In this document: positions 25,006-36,700 of the stretch, piece by piece
Layout of the letters: each line of letters begins with the position of its first letter
Numbering within the stretch: position 1 is the stretch's first letter
Assembly (NCBI GenBank): GCA_043228905.1
Contig: JBHGNT010000002.1
Location: 25,730,001 to 25,794,000 of the forward strand
DNA length: 64,000 nucleotides
Direction: 5' to 3'
Origin: Azolla caroliniana
Lineage: Eukaryota > Plantae > Polypodiophyta
The notes under the pieces: model-generated
The model's database searches: none
What the model saw: the letters and a program-made list of their open reading frames with translations, nothing else
What the model was told of the DNA's origin: nothing
Program-made: the position numbers and the translations under genes

Positions 25006-28000
25006 GTCCGGCCAAAATAGGAGCCATTTGGCTGGACCATCCTAGCTATGTAGAGTTAGTTCCTAGTCGTGGTTCCATTTCATCAAATCAAGTGAGTCGA
25101 GTTTTTTCAGCACAAGTCGAGCTTACCACATCTACATGTCATCGAGTCCTAGCCTCTGCCCTTCTAGATTCTGGAGCCAACTCTTGTTTCATGGATCGTG
25201 AATTTGCCTTGTCACAAAACATCCTCTTGAATAAGCTTCCCAACCCAGTAGCCGTAGGAGTCATCGATGGACGTTCCATAGCATCAGGAGATATAGTCGA
25301 GGAGTCCGAGCCAATTAGGATAGTTCTTGGCAATTTGGCAAGCATAATCTCTTTCAATATTATTCGTAGTCCGGACCACCCAATAGTTCTAGGTCTCCCC
25401 TGGTTTGAACTCCATAACCCGAAGATTGATTGGATGAAAAGAACAATTGAGGAGACTCGGGAAAAAAGCACAAATCCCGCATCCCTCTCTCCTACATGTG
25501 CTAATAGATCCCCGGAGTTATCGCCCATCTCTTTACGACAGTTGCGGGAGGAAGGGGGGAACGAGGCCATGTTCGTCTTCGCAATAGTAGCAACTCCATC
25601 ATCCACTTCACGTGACGCGGATATTAAACTACCAGAGAAATACAAGGAGTTTTCAGATGTCTTTGATAAGGTGAAGGCCAATACATTGCCGGAGCATCGG
25701 CCATACGACTGCCCTATTGACTTACAACTAGGGAAAGAACCTCCATGGGGCCCAATTTATAATCTCTCCCCTGTAGAGCTAGAGACTTTGCGGGAATATA
25801 TTGATGAGAATCTGGCAAACGGATTCATTCGGCATTCTAGATCCCCTGCTGGTGCACCTATCTTCTTCGTTAAGAAGAAGAATGGGACTCTTCGGTTGGT
25901 CGTGGATTATCGAGGGCTAAACAAAGTGACTATCCGAAATAGATATGCTCTACCATTAATCCCGAATCTTTTGGAACGTCTCAGTGGTGCAAAATATTTC
26001 ACGAAGTTGGACCTTCGCGGAGCATATAATCTAGTTCGGATTCGCCCGGGGGATGAATGGAAGACAGCTTTCCGCACTCGCTATGGACATTTTGAGTATA
26101 CAGTGATACCATTTGGTCTCACGAATGCACCTGCTGTTTTCCAACATATGGCGAACGATATTTTTCGAGATTTTCTTGATATCTTCACTATAGTTTACCT
26201 AGATGATATTTTAATCTACTCAAAGACCCAAGAGGAGCATGATGCACATGTTCGTCAAGTACTATGCCGACTCCGAGAATATGGTCTCTACGCAAAATTA
26301 GAAAAGTGTAGTTTCGGCCAGAATCAAGTGGAATTTTTGGGGTATGTTGTATCGTCAAATGGTATTGCTATGGACCCCATGAAGGTACAGGCAATTTTAG
26401 AGTGGCAAACGCCCCTTTCAGTGCGTGATGTGCAATGTTTTCTCGGGTTTGCAAATTTTTATCGAAAATTTATTAAAGATTATTCCAAGGTTGTGCTTCC
26501 GCTTACTCAGCTCACACATAAAGATCAACCATTTATATGGAGTTCAGATGCATCCGAGGCATTCGAAAGCTTAAAACGAGCATTTACAACGGCACCTATC
26601 TTAGCACATGTCGACCCAACAAAACGCTTCATCCTCGAAGCCGATGCATCCGATTTTGCACTAGGGAGTGTCCTCTCGCAGACTGGAGATGATGGACAAC
26701 TACACCCTGTCGCCTTTCATTCACGAAAGTTTGAAGCTGCAGAGATCAACTACGAGATCCATGACAAAGAGCTTCTTGCAATCGTGGATTCGTTTCAACA
26801 ATGGCGACATTTCCTAGAAGGTTCTTCTCAGCAGATCATTGTCTACAATGATCATAAGAACCTGACTTATTTCCAAAATGCTCGAGTCTTGAGTCGGCGA
26901 CAAGCCCGGTGGGCGCAATTTTTGACTCACTTCGACTTTATCATCATATATCGCCCTGGGATGCAGCAAGGCAAAGCAGATGCTCTTTCTCGGCGCTCTT
27001 ATATGGAACTTCGTCCAGGGGAACCTGCTTTTGAGCATCAAAAACAAATCCTTTTGGGTCCTAATCGATTACGATTAATGGTAGTTAACGCCATAACAGC
27101 TCTTGAAAATTCCCCTCTTCTTGATTCCATTCGAGATCATATGTCCACTGATGATTTCGCCAAGGATGTTTTGGATCATATCGTCCCGGATCGTGCTTCT
27201 TGCTCACAGTCGAAAAATCCTCGTAATGACTATTGTCAGTTCTATTGGCATGATGGTTTTCTATTTCGACAAAATTTATTGTATGTTCCTGATGGTCCCC
27301 CACGGCTACAAGTTTTGCAACATTGCCATGACTCACCAATGGCTGGTCATTTTGGAGTTCACAAGACTCTAGAATTAATTTCTCGACGCTATTGGTGGCC
27401 TCGCCTTCGTCATTTTGTTGAGGAGTATGTTCGGAGTTGTGATATATGTTGTCGATCAAAGAATCCTCGTCACCGACCCTATGGCTTACTACAACCACTT
27501 CCCATTCCGGAAACACCTTGGAAGTCTATATCCTTGGACTTCATTACTGATCTCCCAGTTTCAAAAGGTTTTGATGCAATTCTCACAGTGGTTGATCGAT
27601 TTACCAAAATGGCACATTTCTTGCCATGTACAAAGTCGATTACTAGTCAAGAGACGGCTGATCTCGTTATGCGGGAGGTATTTAAGCATCATGGTCTGCC
27701 AGATGATATTATTAGTGATCGTGGTCCACAATTCATCTCAAAGTTTTGGAAGCACCTGTTCAAACTTCTCCACATTTCAGTTAAGCTTTCTTCGGGCTAT
27801 CATCCTGAAACAAATGGCCAAACAGAGCGTACCAACCAGACATTGGAACAATATCTTCGTTGTTTCATCAACTATCAACAAGATGATTGGGTTGCATTTT
27901 TGCACTTGGCGGAATTCGCTTACAACAACTCAGCCCATTCTTCTACAGGATATTCCCCATTTTTTGCAAATACGGGTTGTCATCCTCGATGGACGATGAA

Positions 28001-28643
28001 TGCGCATCCAGAAGTTCCTACCAACCCTGCTGCCGAGGATCGTCTTAGTCGCCTCCAAGAAATTCAAGCTAACATTCTCCACAATTTGCACGATGCTCAA
28101 TTTACACACAAGAGGCTTGCCGATCGTCATCGTCTAGACTCCTCAAAAAAGTTCCGCATTGGGGATCGTGTATGGCTTCTCCAACACAACATCAAGACCA
28201 CTCGACCTTGTAGTAAATTGGATTACCAACGTTTTGGCCCTTACATGATCACTGGTAAGATAAGTGATGTTGCATTTCGTCTTGACCTCCCTCCGCACAT
28301 GCATCTTCATCCGGTGTTTCATGTATCCCTTTTGGAACCTTATACTACAAGTTCAATTCCGGGCCGTCTTACGACACCCCCACCACCTGTCGAGTTCTTG
28401 GACGGGCCTGAATTTGAAGTTGCTGTCGTTCTCGATTCTAAAATCGTGCGCAACAAGTTGTATTACTTGGTCGATTGGCTAGGCTATACCCCCAATGATC
28501 GAACTTGGGAACCTGCCACAAATCTTTCCAATGCTGCAGAACTCGTCAATGCATTTCATCGCCAATATCCTTGTAAACCAGGTCCTAATACAAACCCTAC
28601 GACCCGTGAGACGTGTCGTCGAAGAAGGGGGATAGTGTCATGA
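24993..28643 (+). CDS. pol: Element E Pol (PR-RT-RH-INT-chromodomain), -1 frame, open from the slip site
   Basis: LLDSGA, YLDD, EADASD, HHCC, DFIT/SDRG/GQTER, GPY and chromodomain YLVDWLGY..WEP. The stop lies inside the 3' LTR. Confidence 0.95.
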   Translation, partial: VKRVSPAKIGAIWLDHPSYVELVPSRGSISSNQVSRVFSAQVELTTSTCHRVLASALLDSGANSCFMDREFALSQNILLNKLPNPVAVGVIDGRSIASGDIVEESEPIRIVLGNLASIISFNIIRSPDHPIVLGLPWFELHNPKIDWMKRTIEETREKSTNPASLSPTCANRSPELSPISLRQLREEGGNEAMFVFAIVATPSSTSRDADIKLPEKYKEFSDVFDKVKANTLPEHRPYDCPIDLQLGKEPPWGPIYNLSPVELETLREYIDENLANGFIRHSRSPAGAPIFFVKKKNGTLRLVVDYRGLNKVTIRNRYALPLIPNLLERLSGAKYFTKLDLRGAYNLVRIRPGDEWKTAFRTRYGHFEYTVIPFGLTNAPAVFQHMANDIFRDFLDIFTIVYLDDILIYSKTQEEHDAHVRQVLCRLREYGLYAKLEKCSFGQNQVEFLGYVVSSNGIAMDPMKVQAILEWQTPLSVRDVQCFLGFANFYRKFIKDYSKVVLPLTQLTHKDQPFIWSSDASEAFESLKRAFTTAPILAHVDPTKRFILEADASDFALGSVLSQTGDDGQLHPVAFHSRKFEAAEINYEIHDKELLAIVDSFQQWRHFLEGSSQQIIVYNDHKNLTYFQNARVLSRRQARWAQFLTHFDFIIIYRPGMQQGKADALSRRSYMELRPGEPAFEHQKQILLGPNRLRLMVVNAITALENSPLLDSIRDHMSTDDFAKDVLDHIVPDRASCSQSKNPRNDYCQFYWHDGFLFRQNLLYVPDGPPRLQVLQHCHDSPMAGHFGVHKTLELISRRYWWPRLRHFVEEYVRSCDICCRSKNPRHRPYGLLQPLPIPETPWKSISLDFITDLPVSKGFDAILTVVDRFTKMAHFLPCTKSITSQETADLVMREVFKHHGLPDDIISDRGPQFISKFWKHLFKLLHISVKLSSGYHPETNGQTERTNQTLEQYLRCFINYQQDDWVAFLHLAEFAYNNSAHSSTGYSPFFANTGCHPRWTMNAHPEVPTNPAAEDRLSRLQEIQANILHNLHDAQFTHKRLADRHRLDSSKKFRIGDRVWLLQHNIKTTRPCSKLDYQRFGPYMITGKISDVAFRLDLPPHMHLHPVFHVSLLEPYTTSSIPGRLTTPPPPVEFLDGPEFEVAVVLDSKIVRNKLYYLVDWLGYTPNDRTWEPATNLSNAAELVNAFHRQYPCKPGPNTNPTTRETCRRRRGIVS

Positions 28644-28770
28644 TAACAGTCACATTATGCATCGAAAGGATCATGACACTCACATTATGACTCGAAAGGA
28701 TTTGAACCCACGACCCTGTTGTACACATGTCAAATCCTTAACCATTGTATTAATATTCTTATATGTATAG
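28636..28770 (+). repeat. Element E 3' LTR, left part
   Basis: Matches the first 135 bp of the 5' LTR up to ATATGTATAG. Confidence 0.95.
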
Positions 28771-29279
28771 GGGTAGAAGCACGCTACGGTGTACCAGAAA
28801 AGTACTGTTTTTGGCCACAAAAATTGTCAGTACTTTTAGTACTGTTAGTATGAATAATTCAAAAAAAAAAAATCAGAGAAAAAGAAAATCGATTTTGGAG
28901 AGTGGGGTGACTGTAGTACAAGTGTCATTTATTGTAGAAGGAGTGGGGGGAACAGGTGAGGAGATGTTCATTCCATTTTGGGGGCTATTTTCCCCTCACG
29001 TCGATTTTGGCGCTTCCCCTCACGTCGTTTTGGCGGTTCCCCTCATACTCCTCTTCCTCTATCCCTCTGAGCTTTTCATCACAGATCCATGTTCAGTTTC
29101 TGATTTCCTCCAATCTAAATCTCAGACATCCATGTCTGTTTTGAGCGTTTAAGTTGAGGATTTCTGATTTTTTTAGGGTTTCTGTTTTTGTTAGGGTTTA
29201 GGTCGAGGTACAGAGACTGTTGGTAGCAGCCAATAGTGACTTCTTCGACAACGACTTTCTTACATCCATCCATTGAAGT

Positions 29280-29875
29280 TGGTGTCGTGGTGATTTGTGG
29301 CTTTTTCCACCAAATCGAGGCGGCATTGGAGGTTCCTTCCGCCAAATCGAGGCGGCATATCCAACGCTCCGTCCACCATTGGAGGTTCCTTCCACCAAAT
29401 CGAGGCGGCATATCCAACGCCCCCTCCATCCATTCGAGGTTCCTTCCATCCGTTTTTTTTATTTTCAGTACTAAAATGTTACATTTCTTCATATTTCAGT
29501 ACAAAAATTTTAGAACTGACAATTGTCATATTTGATATGTAATTCTAATGTTTGAAACGAAATATCTTTCACTTTGCAGGCCACATTTAAAAACATTTGA
29601 TTTGGTGTCGTGGTGATTTGTGGCTTTTTCCACCAAATCGAGGCGGCATTGGAGGTTCCTTCCACCAAATCGAGGCGGCATATCCAACGCTCCGTCCACC
29701 ATTGGAGGTTCCTTTCACCAAACCGTTTTTTTTATTTTCAGTACTAAAATGTTACATTTCTTCATATTTCAGTACAAAAATTTTAGAACTGACAATTGTC
29801 ATATTTGATATGTAATTCTAATGTTTGAAACGAAATATCTTTCACTTTGCAGGCCACATTTAAAAACATTTGATT
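29280..29875. repeat. Left subterminal duplication with CCAAATCGAGGCGGCAT sub-repeats
   Basis: Two related blocks (about 29280-29600 and 29603-29875); five copies of CCAAATCGAGGCGGCAT. Confidence 0.85.
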
Positions 29876-29954
29876 GTGTTTTCTTGGTTGAGTCTATATA
29901 ACATTAACTACTTTTGCAAGCCACTTAATTTTTGCGGATAAATCTAGTGACCGA

Positions 29955-32900
29955 ATGGGGGTTCCTAACGAGAGTGAGTTGTCAAGTAACTCATGCATAT
30001 CTGAAAGGACTAAGAGACGAGTGGTTCTTCACATAGTCCGTTATTTGGTAGAAATAACAAAGAGATTTAGTGAAGAGGATCGTAGGGATATTATCTGTAG
30101 AGTGTTACACCATCAAAGTTTGAATGAAGACATGGAGAGAATAAAATTTAGGGACCAATGTGTTTCAGAAGAGATTGTAGAGTCTATGAAGTCATCCCTA
30201 GACTTAGTGAAAGGTGTAGAGAGCTTAGACAAACTTGCTGCAAAGAGGGCAGCCCTACACATGGTTGTGAACGGTGCGAGAGGAAAAAAATATAGTGATA
30301 CTAAAGTTGCCTTAGCCCTGGGTATTCAAAGAAGGAACTTGAGGAAACATCGCCAAAATATACACTCAAACAAATTCAAGTGGATGGGGTTGGGACGTAG
30401 ACGACGATGTGATGCCTTATCTCAAGAGATTATTGAGAAAGTGGATTCATTTTGGGCCAAAAATACGCGTGTCTCACCAAATAAGAAGGACGTGTGTAGA
30501 CAACGAATAAGTCAGGGTAAGTACCAGATTCACCCTAGACACTTCTTGGAGATGACAGAGGTATTCCATTTTTTTATATCATTTCACATTCCATAACTTT
30601 GTGTTTTGACCAACTGTATATTAATGTTTGCTATATATATTGGTTGATGTAGGCTGAATTGTACATGAACTTTAAAGATCAACATCCAAGCTTGACTGTT
30701 GGATTCCGCAAGTTCCAAGGTTTGAAACCATTTTATGTTAGAAAATTAAATGAGAGGAATACATGTTGTTGTGTGTACCATGTGAAGATGGACATGTTAA
30801 GGCTAGCCGTGAATGCAATGCGTACTGATTGTAAGGGTATACACGGGGAATTATGTGTCTGCACTTGTGAGATATGTAGACCAAATGGGGAGGATAATAG
30901 GTGTAATGCACGAAACATGACTTATGCATCTGTTTCTGAGCTATGGAGGTCTTGTGTTTGTGAAAAAGAACCATCATGTGAGTGGCATCGTCGTACATGT
31001 CTATTAAGAACATGTAAGGTTTGTCCGCTACCATTATTTTGTATGCAGGAGCTTGATTTGGGAAACAGTCATATCGTGAAATGGAAATATTTAGAGTATG
31101 TGACTGAAAATATTGGCAAGGGAGTTGTAACTAAGCGTATCAAGGAAGTATATAAGGAGACATGTGCTGCTACCCTTGTCTCAGAATTTAAGAAACAACT
31201 TGGGGAGTTCATTCCACATAACTTCCGGAGTTATTGGCAAAATTCACAATTCAAGGAATGTATTAATAACTTACCAACGGGTGTCATCGTATCTGTTATT
31301 GACTTTGCAGAAAACTATACATTTAAAGTTCAGAATGAGGTTCAATCAATGCATTGGTACAATGATCAATGTACAATACTTGTGCATATTTGCTATTGGA
31401 GGCAAGACGGTGAGTTACATAAGAAATCAATATTTTACATTTCAGATGATAAAAAGCATGATACACTATTTGTTCAACATTGTTTTAAGCTTCACCATGC
31501 AGATTTATTTTCTCTAGGGGTAACCTTTAACCGTCATTGGGTTTGGTCTGATGGTGCTGCCTCGCAGTTTAAGGCGGCACGATCGTTCTACTTTATCGCC
31601 AGGTAATTTTTAATCCATATGTTTAGTACTTACCATGCAATGTGTAAGGAAGTAATTCTTGTGTTAGTGCATGCATACTAATTATGTTTGTAATTATTAA
31701 CAAACAGTACTATTCACATGGATGCATACTAATTATGTTTGTAACTATTCGAATCTTGCACTTGTGAATGGATGCATGCATACTAATTTTGTTTGTACTA
31801 TGTTTTAATCCATGTGAAGGGTTCTCCATAGACACATTGTACTATGTTGTGTGTTGTATCTGTACTATGTTGTGTTTACAGGAGGATGTAAAGTACTCAT
31901 CTTGTACTCATAGTATTGTCCGTCCTTAAGAGCATTGTACTAAGTATGTTTTAATCCATGTGAAGGGTTCTCCATAGACACATTGTACTATGTTGTGTGT
32001 TGTATCTGTACTATGTTGTGTTTACAGGAGGATGTAAAGTACTCATCTTGTACTCATAGTATTGTCCGTCCTTAAGAGCATTGTACTAAGTATGTTTTAA
32101 TCCATGTGAAGGGTTCTCCATAGACACATTGTACTATGTTGTGTTTACAGGAGGATGTAAAGTACTCATCTTGTACTCATAGTATTGTCCGTCCTTAAGA
32201 GCATTGTACTAAGTATGTTTTAATCCATGTGAAGGGTTCTCCATAGACACATTGTACTATACAAGAGGATGTAAAGTACTCATCTTCTACTCATAGTATA
32301 AACCATACTAAGTTAGTACTAAGTTATATCCATACTAAGTATCGATTAATCAATGTGAAGGGTTCTCCATAGACACATTGTAGTATGTTGTGTGTTGGTT
32401 TTGTACTATGTTGTGTTTACAAAAGGATGTAAAGTACTCATCTTGTACTTATAGTATTGTCCGTCCTTAAGAGAATTGTACTAATTATGTTTTAATCCAT
32501 GTGAAGGGTTCTCCATAGACACATTGTACTATACAAGGGGATGTAAAGTACTCATCTTGTACTCATAGTATAAACCAGACTAAGTTAGTACTAAGTTATA
32601 TCCATACTAAGTTAGTATTAAATGGATGCCAGTATTAATGGAAGTGTAGTACTCTCTATTGACAACATAGTACTAATTTTGTTGGAAACCTGAGTTACAA
32701 AAGCAGGTATTTCTCCTTATTCAACATTCGTATGCAATGGAATTACTTCGGGTCTGGACATGGAAAAGGAGAGCATGATGGCGCGGGGGCTGTGATCAAA
32801 CGTGCCCTTACAAGTGAGCAGTTGGATAATAATGGTGCTAAGCTACAAAATGCACATGATGTTGTGCAGTGGCTAACATGGAAGATGTCAAATGATGGTA

Positions 32901-33592
32901 AGAACAGATTGTTTGTTGAAGTTCGCGCTGATGAGGTCGATAGAACTAAATCATATGGTTGTAAAACCGTGAAAGGCACACGCAGCACCCATTGTGTGTT
33001 AGGGTTTAGCCGCAAGGACACAACACAATTGTTACTACGTAGTTTATCATGCTTTTGTTCCATGTGTATAGATGAAGCTTGGGATAAATGCATCAACCTA
33101 TCAATCGTGGAGCCCTGGAAGTTGCAGAAGCTTGAGCCTGAACGACAAGATGATATTGAAGATGATGTGCATTCAAACGATATTGTATACTACAACCAAA
33201 ATCAAGACTTGGCAGTTTTATTGGAAGTTGGAGATCATTTTGCAGTGCTCAAATCTCCTCAGAATGAAGATTTAGAAGACTACTACATTGTGGTGTGCAA
33301 GCAAGGAAAGACATTATTGAAAGAAGTGGTGAGGGATGGCTGGGGCAACAATTTCAACGTTGGTGAGTCTGTCGTGTATGGAAACTATTATGCAAAGTTG
33401 CCGCAGTGCAAGAACACATATGCATTACTAAAAGAAGCACCCATCGCAATAATCTACGCTGATGCCATTCTTGCGATCAAATTCAATATGACTCAAGCAA
33501 AGCACAAGGTTAAGGGATACAACACTGTCTACAAGGTCCCCCAAGAGGTTCATGAGCACATATTAGGGGAGGTCTCTCTATTTAATGCTTGA
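29955..33592 (+). CDS. Sola2-like transposase, 3 exons (29955-30560, 30653-31602, 32707-33592), 813 aa
   Basis: GT-AG introns with matching phases (0 and 2) join three ORFs. Cys-rich region (TCCCVYH, CVCTCEIC, CKVC); catalytic IDFAEN, WSDG and GHGKGEHDG; CFCSMC downstream. Confidence 0.88.
31800..32620. repeat. Tandem array of about 120-150-bp units in transposase intron 2
   Basis: About 6 copies of ATGTGAAGGGTTCTCCATAGACACATTGTA...GGATGTAAAGTACTCATCTT. Confidence 0.9.
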
Positions 33593-33726
33593 AAGTCACC
33601 CTCTCAATACATTGTACCCTCTCAATACTTGGAGTTCACTATTAATTTTGATGATTGACAAATGAATTGATATATTTCATCTTTCTTCTAAAGTGTTTAT
33701 GCCTGTCAACCACTTGTACTTATCTT

Positions 33727-36700
33727 TCATAATATATTAGTTGTTGTCAACAAGACTTGGATTTCTTCATTGCCGATATTGCTCATGTTTCCTGATGTTA
33801 TTTGAGCATAGAAGTTTTGCAGAGCCATGGTAAAATGAGTAAAAATATTGTATATCTTCTTGATAAAGTCTAGATTCATTGCCGTTGGTGTGTCCTCTGT
33901 AGGCACATAAATCTGTAAGTTGAATTCAAATTATGACTTTAATATTGTAAGATTTTATACTGTAAGTTCATTCTTCAAGAAGCAAATGTGCAATGAAGCC
34001 TCAAATTCCTTAACAAAATAATCCAACTCCTGAAACAATAATTTGTGATAGCTCAAAAAGGGGAGTGTTTCCTTACTACTGTTAGTGGATAGTTCATCCA
34101 TTGGGATGATATCATCAAAATATGGCCCACATTGCTTCAACAATTTGCACAAATTCTGGTTACCCTCCAAATGGGATTGATGAAACAGTCTATACTTCAA
34201 TAACACCCGATATTTTCTGTTTATCATCATTAACACCTGAAAACCTAAATTTTCCTAGCAAGCTAAGAAGAATTTCAAGCATTTTATCTACAACAGACTC
34301 AAAGACTTGGCAACTCATCAGGAGATGATCTCAAAAAAGAAACAAAACGTTGTAAAAAGAGGAATACTTAGATCAAAAAGTATATTCCCATTGTTTCTAC
34401 AAAATACAGAAGTGGAATTTTGACATTGGCAATTGAAACAGTATTTTGGTATCCAAATAGAGGTATTTCAGACATCACTAACAGCTAAAGTTCAAGTACA
34501 ATCGGAAGAAAATCAGGCACTAGAGGGTAACTTGGCCGATCTTGTAATGCGCTTGTTGTTGGTGCCAGATTTTACATTCTTCTTTATCTTAAAGCCTTTA
34601 GGTATGAGCTGACTAAGTGGCACTTCATCATCAGAGGCATCAGAGATAGGCGTGGATGCGCGGGCACCTTGTACTGGTGGCAAGCTTGAGAGAGCAACTG
34701 TGTTTTCTGCAACTGCAATGCTTGTACACAAATCCACAAAGGTGCTGTCGATAGTCAAATTATCACTCATCTTTATTCCCCTATCATCATCAATGATGCC
34801 TGTACACTCGTTCTTATTAGACTCCTGTATGTGGACTATGGCAGTAGTCATGGTCAACTCCTCTTGTACGGTGGCTGTCAACTCATTCTTAAGACTACGT
34901 GTACAATCAGGCTTATCTGTACAATCAGGCTCCTCATGTGATTCTGTACAATCAGGCTTATCTTCAGGGAAAGCGATGTTCTTTCCACGATCCATTTGGG
35001 CATTCTCAGTACAATCAAGCTCCTCTTCATTACTAGCAATGTTCTTTCCATACTCCTCATCAGAATCTTTAGACAGTACTAGCACATTATCAGTAGACAC
35101 TACTAACACATTATCAGTACAATCAGTCTGCTCTTCAGTACTTGCCATATTCTTTCCACACTCTTCATGGGCTTCAGTCTTCTCTTCAGTACTTGCCATA
35201 TTCTTTCCACACTCTTCATGAGCTTCAATCTTCTCTTCAGTACTTGCCATATTCTTTCCAGAGTCTTCATAGGCTTCAATCTTCTCTTCAGTACTTGCCA
35301 TATTCTTTCCAGACTCTTCATGGGCTTCAATCTTCTCTTCAGTACTTGCCATATTCTTTCCACACTCCTCATGGGCTTCTTTAGACATACTGTTGTTTGG
35401 ACATGCCAGCTGCTCTTCACATATGAATGCTTCGTTTTTCTCACAATCCTCATGTGTGGAAGATGTGCTTCCAGAATCTGCCTCCGTGGAAAGGTTAATC
35501 CCAGAATCTGACTCTGCACTTGTGCTCCATGAAGTTCCCGATTCAGGCTGCTCTTGTAAACCTAATTAATGGGATTCCAAACAATATTAGTATCAACTCA
35601 CATACTCAAAAGTTTGCAAACAATGAACATAGGGTTTTGGGCCACATTTTTACCTAATGTTACATGGTCATACTGTACAGCCGTAGATACCCCATTGCAA
35701 GTGGTGGGCTCGGTCATCTTCTCCACAACATCTAGGTGCTCAACAGTGTTGCTATGATCTATAGAATGCACCAAAAGCAACAATATAATAGGGTTGTTAT
35801 GAGCTAAATCATTGTTTTCAAAGTCTGGCTTTTGACGTTTACCTGGGAGTGTGATAAATTCGTCTTCACGATCAGGTTTTGAACTCGTATCTCCGTCACC
35901 AAATATCATTTCGTCATCAGCTAGCAACACAAGTACATGGTATTAGACAATGGATTAGGTTGACAACGCTCCTGACAGGTGAGAACTTATATGACTCACC
36001 ATTGCATTCAACTTTCCTTTTCTTGCCGTTTCCATACAACATTCTTGCAGCATTTCTCTTCTTACTGGGCTCTATTTCTAAAGACACATCATTTCTCTTC
36101 TTAGTGGGCTCTATTTCAAATTGTTGACCGGAGCTTGGGGAATTTGTTTGTAGAAGCATATGTTCCACTGCTCCAATGGCCCTTCTCATACATTCATCCT
36201 CATCATAAAAATCATAGGTTATTGGTAATGATGGTCCCTGAACCTTGGAATGTGCGGCAGATATTGAGGGTTTAGGCACAGGGGCTGGTAGTTCCATGAC
36301 CTTCCCTGGCGTGGAGTTGCTTGACACTACGACATTCATTGCAAGAAACAAAAAAACGTTGAACGTTAGTACCATCATCTAAAATATACAATGTAGGTCA
36401 CAATGTACTCCTCACATAGTTCCTAATTTACTGAACTAGTACTAATAAGGAACAATGTACTGCTCACTTAGTTCCCAATTTACACAAGTAGTACTAATCA
36501 TGCACAATATACACAAGTAGTACTAATCATGCAGAATATACTACTCACTTAGTTACCATGTTACACAAGGAGTACTAATCCCGAACAATGTACCACTGTA
36601 CTAATCATGAACAATGTACTACTCACTTGTTTCCTAAATTAGTGGACTAGTACTTATAAGGAACAATGTACTGCTCACTTAGTTCGCAAATTACACAAAT

